64,000 nt of DNA. It comes from a virus. The notes under the pieces are model-generated. The model was not told where the DNA came from, made no database searches, and worked only from the letters and a program-made list of their open reading frames with translations. The position numbers and the translations under genes are program-made. How positions within the stretch are numbered: position 1 is the stretch's first letter; the number at the start of each line of letters is the position of its first letter. Where the stretch lies: the IMG/VR virus record IMGVR_UViG_3300029922_000001, positions 230,512 through 294,511 of that record. One strand, given 5' to 3'. Below are positions 19,243-26,883 of the stretch, in pieces.

Positions 19243-19521
19243 TTAATGATGTAAATAAATAATCCTGATAATGCCAAAAACAGCAAAAGTAGCGACAATT
19301 ATATTGATGATTGCAGATTGATAAATTTTCTTATGATAAGTTAGAATGAATGCGCCAGTAGCACCCATTAAAACAATAATGTAATAAATTACTTGATTGG
19401 AATTAATGACATTAAAACTAGATAATGCATAAGAAAGTATTACAAAAAATACACCTATCCAACCAATAAATTCAATGATTTTGTTTTTCAACTTTGACTT
19501 CATTGAATTAGTATACCTCAC
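19243..19521 (-). CDS. small membrane protein
   Basis: Three predicted transmembrane helices. Confidence 0.4.
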   Translation of the reverse strand: MRYTNSMKSKLKNKIIEFIGWIGVFFVILSYALSSFNVINSNQVIYYIIVLMGATGAFILTYHKKIYQSAIINIIVATFAVFGIIRIIYLHH

Positions 19522-19527
19522 TCGTGG

Positions 19528-19590
19528 AGGGCTATGTGAGAATCAAAGGAATTTATATTCTTATTTAGAACTTCAATGTATGGAACCTTT
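19528..19590 (-). pseudogene. tRNA-like remnant (3' end ATAGCCC, T, CCA, CGAG) that does not fold into a cloverleaf
   Basis: Shares the CCA-CGAG 3' signature of the neighbouring tRNAs and has a TTTGATTC T-loop-like segment. No acceptor 5' partner was found. Confidence 0.25.
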
Positions 19591-19608
19591 CATATTATTA
19601 AATACACC

Positions 19609-19707
19609 AGATCATCTTAGGAGATTCGTGAACGTCCTGAAATAATTTAAGATCGTGTGTTTTGGCTGGATTTTCGTTTATGACATTTGTCTTCATGCTT
19701 TATTATG
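19609..19707 (-). pseudogene. truncated duplicate of the 5' end of gene 18926..19186 (32 codons: MKTNVINENPAKTHDLKLFQDVHESPKMIWCI, then stop)
   Basis: A segment of about 110 nt is roughly 90% identical to 19089..19200, including the upstream GCTTTATTATGAG region. Confidence 0.45.
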
Positions 19708-19723
19708 AGTAAAAATACCAGTT

Positions 19724-20074
19724 TTATACGCAGGTTTTAAGTTTGTTATTAAGGCGTTTAAACAATAAATAAACATCATTCTTGTCAGAATCGCTAATTT
19801 CCATACCCCAATAACAATTATATCCTGCTCTATGAGAACAGCCGCAGAATAAAATCTTTTGGTCGCGTTTAACGCATACATCAAAACTACCCTCCCTGGT
19901 ATTATAACCGTAATTTAAAGTTAACCCCATTTTAGAAACATCTTCAAAATCAACATTATGTGAATTAAGATCGCTTATTGTCTTAACAAAATTATGCAAC
20001 ATTACATTTTCGGGATTATAATTTTCCTCAAAATATGGGCTTGTTGTTTCTTGGAAATCTTCAAAAGTTCTCAT
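19724..20074 (-). CDS. hypothetical protein
   Basis: 116-aa ORF. The overlapping ORF 19693..19884 was rejected. Confidence 0.45.
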   Translation of the reverse strand: MRTFEDFQETTSPYFEENYNPENVMLHNFVKTISDLNSHNVDFEDVSKMGLTLNYGYNTREGSFDVCVKRDQKILFCGCSHRAGYNCYWGMEISDSDKNDVYLLFKRLNNKLKTCV

Positions 20075-20087
20075 AATTTATTATAAA

Positions 20088-20750
20088 TCAATCTTTTAGT
20101 TCCCAGCCCAATTTTATTAATTTCTTGCATAAATCTTTCCAGTGGGCTGCACCGTAATGGATATACATATTGCCTTCTTGCTCTTTAATGTGTTTAATTA
20201 AAATATCATTTCTTTCGTAAAGAACCATTTTGTATGTTATTATAAATAAAATTGTATCAATCAATTCCATTAAAAAACATTTCATAAAATCAGGTAGCAT
20301 TTTAAATAATTTTTTAATATTTTTGTAGTTTGCAAATAATAACCAGTAAATAATTTTATGTTTTACAATTATAGCTATGCTTTTTTCTGCATGTTCCTGA
20401 AAACTCATATCCGCTAAAATATATTTATTGTCTTTGAAACGTTGAATTGTGTTGCCTTCTCCAAAGTCTAGATATTCAAAAGTTTGGTTTTGGAATTTAA
20501 GTTTGTTGGAAAACCTGCGTGAGTTACTGATGTTTTTAAATCTATCGTAAATGCAAAAAATTCTTTCATCTAAAGTTTTGTATCTTAAATTACCATCACC
20601 ATAATATAGACCCTCAAATAGAAAAATGTAATTTTGATTGGTGTAAAACTCTATATCTTTTTGTATTTTTTGATATTTTTCTTTAGTGTCAAAATGCGTC
20701 ATGCCTTGAAAAACTATAGTTTGATTATTTTTGTGAAGAATTTTTTTCAT
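20088..20750 (-). CDS. hypothetical protein (possible TraB/GumN-like)
   Basis: 220-aa ORF. The motifs QGMTHF and HYGAAHW are only weakly reminiscent of TraB/GumN. Confidence 0.5.
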   Translation of the reverse strand: MKKILHKNNQTIVFQGMTHFDTKEKYQKIQKDIEFYTNQNYIFLFEGLYYGDGNLRYKTLDERIFCIYDRFKNISNSRRFSNKLKFQNQTFEYLDFGEGNTIQRFKDNKYILADMSFQEHAEKSIAIIVKHKIIYWLLFANYKNIKKLFKMLPDFMKCFLMELIDTILFIITYKMVLYERNDILIKHIKEQEGNMYIHYGAAHWKDLCKKLIKLGWELKD

Positions 20751-20931
20751 TGCGAATTGGGATTTCTATGGTGAATTTTGCGCCTGAGTTTATTAATTCA
20801 GTATTTGAGACGATTAATTTTAAAATATGATCAAATTCTTCTTTATTAATATCTTTATTTATTAATAAAAAACCAGCTTTCATCGCCATATCATATGCTT
20901 TGTTGTTGTTCATAAGTACTCGGAGGGGCAT
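20725..20931 (-). CDS. hypothetical small protein
   Basis: 68-aa ORF. Its annotated start overlaps the 3' end of tRNA 20924..21013, so the true start may be internal. Confidence 0.3.
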   Translation of the reverse strand: MPLRVLMNNNKAYDMAMKAGFLLINKDINKEEFDHILKLIVSNTELINSGAKFTIEIPIRNEKNSSQK

Positions 20932-21013
20932 ACTAGAATCAAACTAGTTCATAACGCATTTGCTAGATCATTAACCTAGCAGTGCGTCGCGATTCTCATT
21001 TCGCCAATGCCCC
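20924..21013 (-). tRNA. intron-containing class I tRNA; anticodon GCU with a canonical or 36/37 insert, or GCA (Cys) if the insert lies 1-2 nt upstream; discriminator U
   Basis: Perfect acceptor GGGGCAT/ATGCCCC. D-arm GCG/CGC. T-arm ACTAG-TTTGATT-CTAGT. Anticodon stem ACGCA/TGCGT flanks CTGCT + 17 nt + AA. The insert hairpin GCTAG..CTAGC pairs with the anticodon. Confidence 0.6.
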
Positions 21014-21023
21014 AAACTCTCGG

Positions 21024-21099
21024 AGCGCGGAGGGAGAATCGAACTCAACCGAATAATGGTTTTGCAGACCATTCCAATTAACCACTCTGGTACCCGCGC
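21024..21099 (-). tRNA. tRNA-Cys (GCA)
   Basis: Acceptor GCGCGGG/TCCGCGC. D-arm CCAG-AGTGGTTAA-TTGG. Perfect anticodon stem ATGGT/ACCAT with loop CTGCAAA. Discriminator U, then CC, then GAG. The T-stem is weak. Confidence 0.7.
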
Positions 21100-21121
21100 A
21101 TATTTATCTCGCTGAGGTTCT

Positions 21122-21802
21122 TTATACCTCATATTGCTTCATTAATTCTGGATCACTTTGAGCCGCTATCCATTTATCATATTCTTCAATTTGCTCTTTA
21201 ATTTGTTCAGCACTATCTGCTGTTTTAGATTGGCAACTTTTAATGTCGTTTAATTTACTAAATAATGATTCCACAAGAGGATGTTTTGGTAAATAACATA
21301 TTCCCTTAGAAGCATAATAATCAATTAATTCTTTTTGTTTAAGTTTTGATTCTAATTTATTTTCTTCTGAACATGAACACTTTGGATGAAATGCGTTATA
21401 CATTCTCATATCTTCAATTCTATTTTCTTCAGTGTAAGCACTACAATTAAACAAAATTTCATCATCTTTATCATCCAACTCTAACAGATTAATTAATTCT
21501 TTAATTTTATAAGTTGGTCGATTTTGCTTGTACCAATCCGATTTTTCGTTCTCTTGATTATTTATTAATAAATTCTGTTTTAATGATGGTATTAATTTTT
21601 CAAAAACCTCATGTAGTGTACTTCCTTTAATTTGCACTCTACCAGCAGGTTGAAAATTTAAATTAAATTTAATATTGCCTTTTTTGGACATTGTTAAAGT
21701 CATATGATTCGTTCCACCCATGTTACTTAATCCATCTGGACAATTTTGTAAAAACTCTTTTAATATTTTTAATGTTTTATCTATATTCATTTCCTTTACC
21801 AA
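21122..21802 (-). CDS. hypothetical protein
   Basis: 226-aa ORF. Confidence 0.5.
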   Translation of the reverse strand: MVKEMNIDKTLKILKEFLQNCPDGLSNMGGTNHMTLTMSKKGNIKFNLNFQPAGRVQIKGSTLHEVFEKLIPSLKQNLLINNQENEKSDWYKQNRPTYKIKELINLLELDDKDDEILFNCSAYTEENRIEDMRMYNAFHPKCSCSEENKLESKLKQKELIDYYASKGICYLPKHPLVESLFSKLNDIKSCQSKTADSAEQIKEQIEEYDKWIAAQSDPELMKQYEV

Positions 21803-22137
21803 GATATTGTTAACTGATAACTTTCATAACTTTCATATCCTTCGTATTCACGATCCTTTACAAGAACAACACCATATTCTTCGTCTTCAAAAAACTTTTT
21901 AACATTACAGGCAATTTGATAATTATATAATGTCTCCGTATGACATTCATACTCACCCCTTTTGGCATGTTTTTCAATTAATTTTTTACATTCATCAATG
22001 GTAGTTATTTCTAACTGTTGAAGTCGTAGTTTTTCAGATTGAGCGAATTGTCTTTCTTCTTCTTCAAGAGCAAGTCTTCTTGCTTCAATTTGTTCTTTAG
22101 CTTCTTGAGTTAATCTTCTTGCTTCTTGGATGTTCAT
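21796..22137 (-). CDS. hypothetical coiled-coil protein
   Basis: 113-aa ORF with a charged heptad-like N-terminus. Confidence 0.45.
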   Translation of the reverse strand: MNIQEARRLTQEAKEQIEARRLALEEEERQFAQSEKLRLQQLEITTIDECKKLIEKHAKRGEYECHTETLYNYQIACNVKKFFEDEEYGVVLVKDREYEGYESYESYQLTISW

Positions 22138-22145
22138 TGTAACTA

Positions 22146-22293
22146 TTATACCTTACGACGAATTCGTATGAGAGTATTATCTACTTCTTTTCTTGTGATA
22201 CCTAAAAAAGCAGCAATTGCACGATAAGATTTATTTAAACCATAAGCAATATAAACCTTGGTTTCATTTTGAGTTAATTCTAAATTATTCATA
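22146..22293 (-). CDS. small (about 48 aa) LuxR/sigma-70 region-4-type helix-turn-helix protein; not in the supplied ORF track
   Basis: Hand translation gives MNNLELTQNETKVYIAYGLNKSYRAIAAFLGITRKEVDNTLIRIRRKV. This matches the LuxR-type HTH consensus (LT..E..V......G.s..eIA..LgIs..TV...l.rI..Kl). Coordinates are +/-2 nt. Confidence 0.4.
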
Positions 22294-22318
22294 AGTGTAT
22301 TATAGCATATTTTCTCGC

Positions 22319-22407
22319 GGGAGCTTAGAGATTCGAACTCTAAAGGCGCTTTTTACACGCCTAGCTGTTTTCAAGACAGTTTACCGTCACCAATGGCAGA
22401 ACTCCCG
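22319..22407 (-). tRNA. tRNA-Ser (UGA), class II
   Basis: Acceptor GGGAGTT/AGCTCCC. Anticodon loop CTTGAAA. Variable arm GGCG-TGTAAAAAG-CGCC. T-arm TAGAG-TTCGAAT-CTCTA. Discriminator G, then CGAG. Confidence 0.7.
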
Positions 22408-22516
22408 TATTATTTCGCGGTAAGTAAAATATTCGAATTCGATTCAAAGAATATGAAGACAAACTTTGTTTAATTATTGATTCTATTTTAGGTAGACTTA
22501 ACAATTAAACATCTCG

Positions 22517-22602
22517 AAGACACCAGAATCGAACTGGACTCGCTTTTTACACGAGCGAACAACTTTCCAGGTTGCCGTCATCACCATCAGACATTATCTT
22601 CC
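22517..22602 (-). tRNA. tRNA-Ser (GGA), class II
   Basis: Acceptor GAAGATA/TGTCTTC. Anticodon stem GCAAC/GTTGT with loop CTGGAAA. Variable arm is homologous to that of the Ser(UGA) gene (..GTGTAAAAAGCG..). T-loop TTCGATT. Confidence 0.6.
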
Positions 22603-22615
22603 ATATTATCTCGGA

Positions 22616-22688
22616 GCGCCAAATTGGAATCGAACCAATTTCCTATTGCTTACCAAGCAATCGTTCACCCACATGAACTTTAAGCGCA
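22616..22688 (-). tRNA. tRNA-Thr (GGU)
   Basis: D-arm GTTC/GAAC. Perfect anticodon stem ATTGC/GCAAT with loop TTGGTAA. T-arm ATTGG-TTCGATT-CCAAT. U6:U67 mismatch in the acceptor stem. Discriminator T, then CC, then GAG. Confidence 0.7.
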
Positions 22689-22701
22689 TATATCTCGTGG
22701 A

Positions 22702-22772
22702 GGCTCAATAGAGAATCAAACTCTACTCTGCGGTTTACAAAACCGCTGCATCGTCACAATGCTTTAAAGCCA
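22702..22772 (-). tRNA. tRNA-Thr (UGU); CCA encoded (22699..22701)
   Basis: Acceptor GGCTTTA/TTGAGCC (U:U at 6:67). D-arm GCAT/ATGC. Anticodon stem GCGGT/ACCGC with loop TTTGTAA. T-arm TAGAG-TTTGATT-CTCTA. Confidence 0.7.
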
Positions 22773-22785
22773 TATTATCTCGTAA

Positions 22786-22884
22786 GCCTAGTATCTGATT
22801 CGAACAGATGATGTTTGTATTCTTACTTGTTCTATTTTTTAACACAACAAGGTAAGTGCAATCGACCGCTATGCAAACTAGGCA
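22786..22884 (-). tRNA. intron-containing tRNA (99 nt), probable anticodon UGU (Thr); duplicate of 22702..22772 carrying an insert
   Basis: Perfect acceptor GCCTAGT/ACTAGGC. T-arm ATCTG-TTCGAAT-CAGAT. Anticodon stem CTTAC/GTAAG flanks CTTGT + 18 nt + AA. The insert extends the anticodon helix (CTTGTT/AACAAG). Confidence 0.5.
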
Positions 22885-22898
22885 TTTTATCTCGTGGA

Positions 22899-22984
22899 GG
22901 AAGGCAGCGGGATCGAACCGCAGACGTATTTCAGTCCGTATAGTTTAGCAAACTATCCTAATCGCCGTTTTAGATTACCTTCCA
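22899..22984 (-). tRNA. tRNA-Ser (GCU), class II; CCA encoded (22896..22898)
   Basis: Acceptor GGAAGGT/GCCTTCC. Anticodon stem ATAGT/ACTAT with loop TTGCTAA. Long variable arm. T-loop TTCGATC. Confidence 0.65.
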
Positions 22985-22992
22985 TTATCTCG

Positions 22993-23076
22993 GCTAACGG
23001 GGAGATTCAAACTCCCGAAGGTTTTCACCGATGCATTACGAGTGCATTCCAATTGATCAACTATGGGACGTTAGCA
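22993..23076 (-). tRNA. class II-like tRNA with anticodon CGU (Thr by anticodon; identity uncertain)
   Basis: Perfect acceptor GCTAACG/CGTTAGC. Perfect anticodon stem ATGCA/TGCAT with loop CTCGTAA. Variable arm GGT-GAAA-ACC. T-arm GGGAG-TTTGAAT-CTCCC. Confidence 0.5.
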
Positions 23077-23399
23077 TTTAACATTTCTACATATCTAACT
23101 AAAACCTGACCGTGACACCTTTCTTGTTCGCCCCAACCAGTTTTAGGTCTACAAAAGCATACCAATTTTTTATTATGTAAGGATTTTACCTTATCTTTGA
23201 ATATTAAATCAGTTTCTAATCTATTTTTTAGATATTTTTCATATTCTGGTAAAGTAGAACTAGGAACTTGACCTGGAGATAATACTATTGGATTGCCAAA
23301 ATATCCACTCTGTCCTTTCCCTGCTCTACCTATGTAGACATATTCAGAATCTTGTTCCCAACCCTTGTTGAGATGATATAAATTTACTACTTCAGTCAT
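23061..23399 (-). CDS. DUF4326-like protein
   Basis: VYIGRAGKGQSGYFGNP ... KLVCFCRPKTGWGEQERCHGQVL matches the DUF4326 conserved core as recalled. Its 3' end overlaps the tRNA at 22993..23076 by about 16 nt. Confidence 0.5.
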   Translation of the reverse strand: MTEVVNLYHLNKGWEQDSEYVYIGRAGKGQSGYFGNPIVLSPGQVPSSTLPEYEKYLKNRLETDLIFKDKVKSLHNKKLVCFCRPKTGWGEQERCHGQVLVRYVEMLNANVP

Positions 23400-23952
23400 T
23401 GACTTCCTCTATATATGCTGGTGGCACATATTCTGTTAACCATACACCATTTTCAGAACGATAAAAAACAAATCTATTCAAATCCATTTGCTTTGAATCC
23501 ACCTTCAATAGTGCATACTTTCCTCTTCTAGAACCAACATTAATTGCTGTTTCTATGTTTTCAGAAAGATGAACCGCATGACGATACATCTTCTTAATTC
23601 CTTCCTCTAAAATCATTGGTACAGCATCATATGTTGTACCATGATAAAGAATGGCAGGAGGATTCAATGGAACTAACTGAAGATCAACTTCACAAGAATG
23701 ACCTTGATTGGCTCTAATTCTTGCTCCTGATTCATCATAAGAATATCTTTGCTTATTATTTTCCGTCACTAACTGATCTAAATCAGCCTTTGTGATGTTA
23801 ATATTAAACTTTTTCAAACCGTCTAATAGTTGTGTTACGAATACATAACCTCCAAGATCAAGCTTTTCAACTCCAATCTTTTGTGGCTCATGTCGCAATA
23901 TTAACGAAATAAACTTTCCTATTCTTTTAAATTCACGTTCATCCTTAATCAT
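23392..23952 (-). CDS. tpt1: RNA 2'-phosphotransferase Tpt1/KptA
   Basis: Canonical Tpt1 motifs: ISLILRHEPQKIG, ARIRANQGHS, LYHGT, RHAVHLS. Confidence 0.85.
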   Translation of the reverse strand: MIKDEREFKRIGKFISLILRHEPQKIGVEKLDLGGYVFVTQLLDGLKKFNINITKADLDQLVTENNKQRYSYDESGARIRANQGHSCEVDLQLVPLNPPAILYHGTTYDAVPMILEEGIKKMYRHAVHLSENIETAINVGSRRGKYALLKVDSKQMDLNRFVFYRSENGVWLTEYVPPAYIEEVND

Positions 23953-23974
23953 GTTCTTTTCCCTAACAATGCCC

Positions 23975-24505
23975 TTACTTTTTAGGTAAGAGCATTACTG
24001 TCATTTGTTTCCCTTGTAAGAGAATTTCCCTATCTACAGTTACAATATCATTTAGTTTTTCCAAACAATATTCCAACTTTTGCTTTCCAATATGAGGGTG
24101 AGCGAGTTCTTTTGTTTTGAACTTGCAAACCAACTGCACTTTGTCATGCTTCCCAATAAATTCAACCGCTTTACGAATTGACGTATCCAAGTCATGTACA
24201 GCCGTATTAGGGCTAATACAAAGTGTTTTAAGTTCTTGAGGCTTTTTACGGTTGTCTTTTGCACGTTTTGCCTCTTCATACTTATATTTGCCATAGCTTA
24301 CGATTTTGCAGATAGGTGGTTGTACCTTATCAGATACGCACAACAAATCTAAACCAGCATCATATGCTATTTGGATTGCATCCTTCGTGGGCATTACACC
24401 AATATTTTTGTTATTAGCGTCAATGACCGTTACTTCGGTAAATTGCTTAATGAGTCTTTCATTAAGGGGTGGGAATTCTCTGCGATTACTTTTTTTCATC
24501 ATCAT
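23975..24505 (-). CDS. infC: translation initiation factor IF3 (bacterial type)
   Basis: N-domain VTVIDANNKNIGVMPTKDAIQIAYDAGLDLLCVSDKVQPPICKIVSYGKYKYEE plus a C-domain. Matches the IF3 family end to end. Confidence 0.85.
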   Translation of the reverse strand: MMMKKSNRREFPPLNERLIKQFTEVTVIDANNKNIGVMPTKDAIQIAYDAGLDLLCVSDKVQPPICKIVSYGKYKYEEAKRAKDNRKKPQELKTLCISPNTAVHDLDTSIRKAVEFIGKHDKVQLVCKFKTKELAHPHIGKQKLEYCLEKLNDIVTVDREILLQGKQMTVMLLPKK

Positions 24506-24602
24506 AATAGATTGACCTATTATACCAGGGTATTCTTCTTCATTACAATCTTTCTCTATTCAATTTTCAATGTGCTTGAGTTTTAATTCTCGGTAAATAA
24601 AA

Positions 24603-24640
24603 AACAGGAAGTCCGACTTAGGTCTGTCGGACTTCCTGTT
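24603..24640. terminator. hairpin AACAGGAAGTCCGAC-(8 nt)-GTCGGACTTCCTGTT
   Basis: 15-bp perfect arms, unusually GC-rich for this sequence. Downstream of the minus-strand gene 24793..25326. Confidence 0.5.
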
Positions 24641-24792
24641 GAATCTTTCTATTTGGTTTTCTTTATGCTTGCCCGACAACAGCATTTCTACAGCTTCCAC
24701 AACTTGTGGAACTGGTAGTACTTGATGTTGATGTTGACGTGACTAATTTCATTTTAACCTGCTACGTTTATTATACCCAATGTTTTGATTGT

Positions 24793-25326
24793 TTACCATG
24801 TTTTTTTGCTTTTACCATCAAAACCTGTTTCTTTTAAGATTCTATCCCAAATTTCTTCTTTTGGAGTGTTCCCTAAATATGGATCTTTTGCCCAATTCAA
24901 GTTGGTAATTTCTAGTATAACAGGAAATGGTGGAGTATAGGCTTCAGCTTCTTCTAAAGAAGAAAATTCCATTTCCATACTAAGCAAATAATGTCTATGG
25001 ATCATATATTCATTAATTTCTTCACCGCTAGATAAAAAAGTTCTTCGTTTTTCAACTCTTTTCATTTTTGGTATTAAATTGTAATTATAAAACCAATTAA
25101 AAAGAAAAATTGGGATTTTAATATTGTATTCTTTTCTGACCAAAGGATCTGAGGTTTTTAATTTAAAAGTTAATTCGCATTTATTTGAAACTGAATATGT
25201 TTTACGAATGCGACAACTTTTAAAAAATGGAAAATATCCTTGTGAAATGTATACGTTGTGTGTTTGAGTATCCCAAGGAATATCATTTTGATTTACTATA
25301 AACTTGCGTTCAATTTCATTAGCCAT
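24793..25326 (-). CDS. hypothetical protein, member of a local tandem paralog family (MANEIERKFIV...)
   Basis: 177 aa. The N- and C-terminal halves recur separately in 25653..25886 and 25340..25600. Confidence 0.5.
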   Translation of the reverse strand: MANEIERKFIVNQNDIPWDTQTHNVYISQGYFPFFKSCRIRKTYSVSNKCELTFKLKTSDPLVRKEYNIKIPIFLFNWFYNYNLIPKMKRVEKRRTFLSSGEEINEYMIHRHYLLSMEMEFSSLEEAEAYTPPFPVILEITNLNWAKDPYLGNTPKEEIWDRILKETGFDGKSKKTW

Positions 25327-25339
25327 GCTTTAGTATACT

Positions 25340-25886
25340 TCATTTACCAGGACCCCACTCAAGACCAGGGAATTTATTTAAATTTTCCTCAATTTCTTTC
25401 CAGGGTGTGATTGATAGATATGGCTCTTTCGCCCAAGGCACATGTGTAATCTCTGTAACGTACTTGAAATCAGGAATATAAGCTTGTGCATCTTCCAGAG
25501 AATCAAATTCCATTTCTACGATTACATAATACTGACCAGGATATTCATTAATTTGTTCTCCTGTTGGAATAATGTGTCGTGTTTTTTTAGTTTTAGTCAT
25601 CCAAGGTGTAAGATACCAAAGCGGGAAAAAGACAAATTTAGGGATTTTAAAGTTATATTCCTTCCTGTCCTAAATTGGTCTGTTTATTCTTGTTTTTCTT
25701 GAATGTCAATTCGTATGTGCGGTCTTCATCTGAATATAATTCTTCATAGGTAATGATAGACTCACGAATTCTGAGATTTTTAATTAAAGGGAAATATCCT
25801 TGGGAAATGTCATGCCATTCTATAACATTTTCCCAAGGAATTTGGGTTGGTCGCACTATAAACTTGCGTTCAATTTCATTAGCCAT
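25340..25886 (-). pseudogene. disrupted paralog of 24793..25326, split into an N-terminal ORF (25653..25886) and a C-terminal ORF (25340..25600) in different frames
   Basis: The 31-nt string TATAAACTTGCGTTCAATTTCATTAGCCAT is identical at 25296..25326 and 25856..25886. C-terminal homology: EMEFDSLEDAQAY..PWAKEPYL versus EMEFSSLEEAEAY..NWAKDPYL. Confidence 0.45.
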
Positions 25887-25893
25887 ATGGCTA

Positions 25894-26883
25894 TTATACT
25901 TGAGCAAGTTCGGCTTGTAGCTCTTTAATGCGCTTTTGGAGTTCAAGTTTCTTTTTAAGTGTCGCTTCTTCTCTAAGCAAAGCTTGGAATTCAGCATCAA
26001 CTTCTTCCACTGCAACAGTCTCTAAAGCAACATGCTTCTTTATGGCTTTAGCTGCTTTAGGCATTTCTGTAGCCAAGATTGGTACATATCCTCTTAGTAT
26101 AAGAGTAAGACTTGTTGCATGATCTTCAATATCAATCCATTCTTTTTGACCAAAGGTTTGATTGGATCTGCTACCTTCAACAGTGCAAACATCTTGTTCT
26201 CTTGATTCATTTAAAGATTTTGGCATAGCATTCGCAAATGAGTCTAAAGAATCCATTGACATGCTTGAAGCGGAATATGTTGGAGAACCAAAGCTTAATG
26301 AATTCAGTGAATTTACTGAATCTGAGCATAATCCTCTTACATTGCTTTTCATGGAAGATTGACCAATTAAAGCATTATTACTACCACACCAGACTTCATC
26401 ATGTCGTCTAGGGTAATGCTTGTAAGGGTATGAATAATCACGATACCAAGGATATGAATAATCATGATAATGATGATGATCTACTACGATTGGAATGTAG
26501 ACTGGTTGTGGTTTTTCTTTTTCTAACCAGAAGAAGGCTTCAACAACACCTTTGGAGCGGTCTTCATTAGAACCATTTTTTCCAAAATCAATAGCGTCAT
26601 TACTGTCTAAAGCAGCTAATTTAAAGCATTTGTTGGTTTCATAGAAGCGTTCAAGATCAATTGCGCTGTTAGCGTTAATAATATATCCATCACCGGATAC
26701 ATTTTCCCCGTCAATATGAATTTTGACCAAGGCTCTACGATTGTTTTTGTTTCTGAGGCGTAAACTATATTCTGATCCGAATGGAACTAGTACAGAATGA
26801 TCGTTTCTCTCTGGGAGAAAGTCGTTTTGATTTTTGAGCTTGATAGCAAGCACGAAGTTTTTGTTATACATATTTTTAACCAT
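25894..26883 (-). CDS. hypothetical protein with His/Tyr-rich low-complexity segment and C-terminal coiled coil
   Basis: The ORF is open to 26949. An internal Met at about 26883 avoids overlapping the divergent PARP gene. Contains HHHYHDYSYPWYRDYSYPYKHY. Confidence 0.5.
   Translation of the reverse strand: MVKNMYNKNFVLAIKLKNQNDFLPERNDHSVLVPFGSEYSLRLRNKNNRRALVKIHIDGENVSGDGYIINANSAIDLERFYETNKCFKLAALDSNDAIDFGKNGSNEDRSKGVVEAFFWLEKEKPQPVYIPIVVDHHHYHDYSYPWYRDYSYPYKHYPRRHDEVWCGSNNALIGQSSMKSNVRGLCSDSVNSLNSLSFGSPTYSASSMSMDSLDSFANAMPKSLNESREQDVCTVEGSRSNQTFGQKEWIDIEDHATSLTLILRGYVPILATEMPKAAKAIKKHVALETVAVEEVDAEFQALLREEATLKKKLELQKRIKELQAELAQV

Noticed and set aside
22408-22516. Possible additional degenerate tRNA between tRNA-Ser(UGA) and tRNA-Ser(GGA) (contains GAATCGAATTC and TATTTCGCG)
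   Set aside because: There is only a T-loop-like segment and a motif-like flank. No acceptor or anticodon stems could be folded.
24306-24586. Plus-strand ORFs antisense to the IF3 gene
   Set aside because: They are embedded in a gene with unambiguous IF3 homology.
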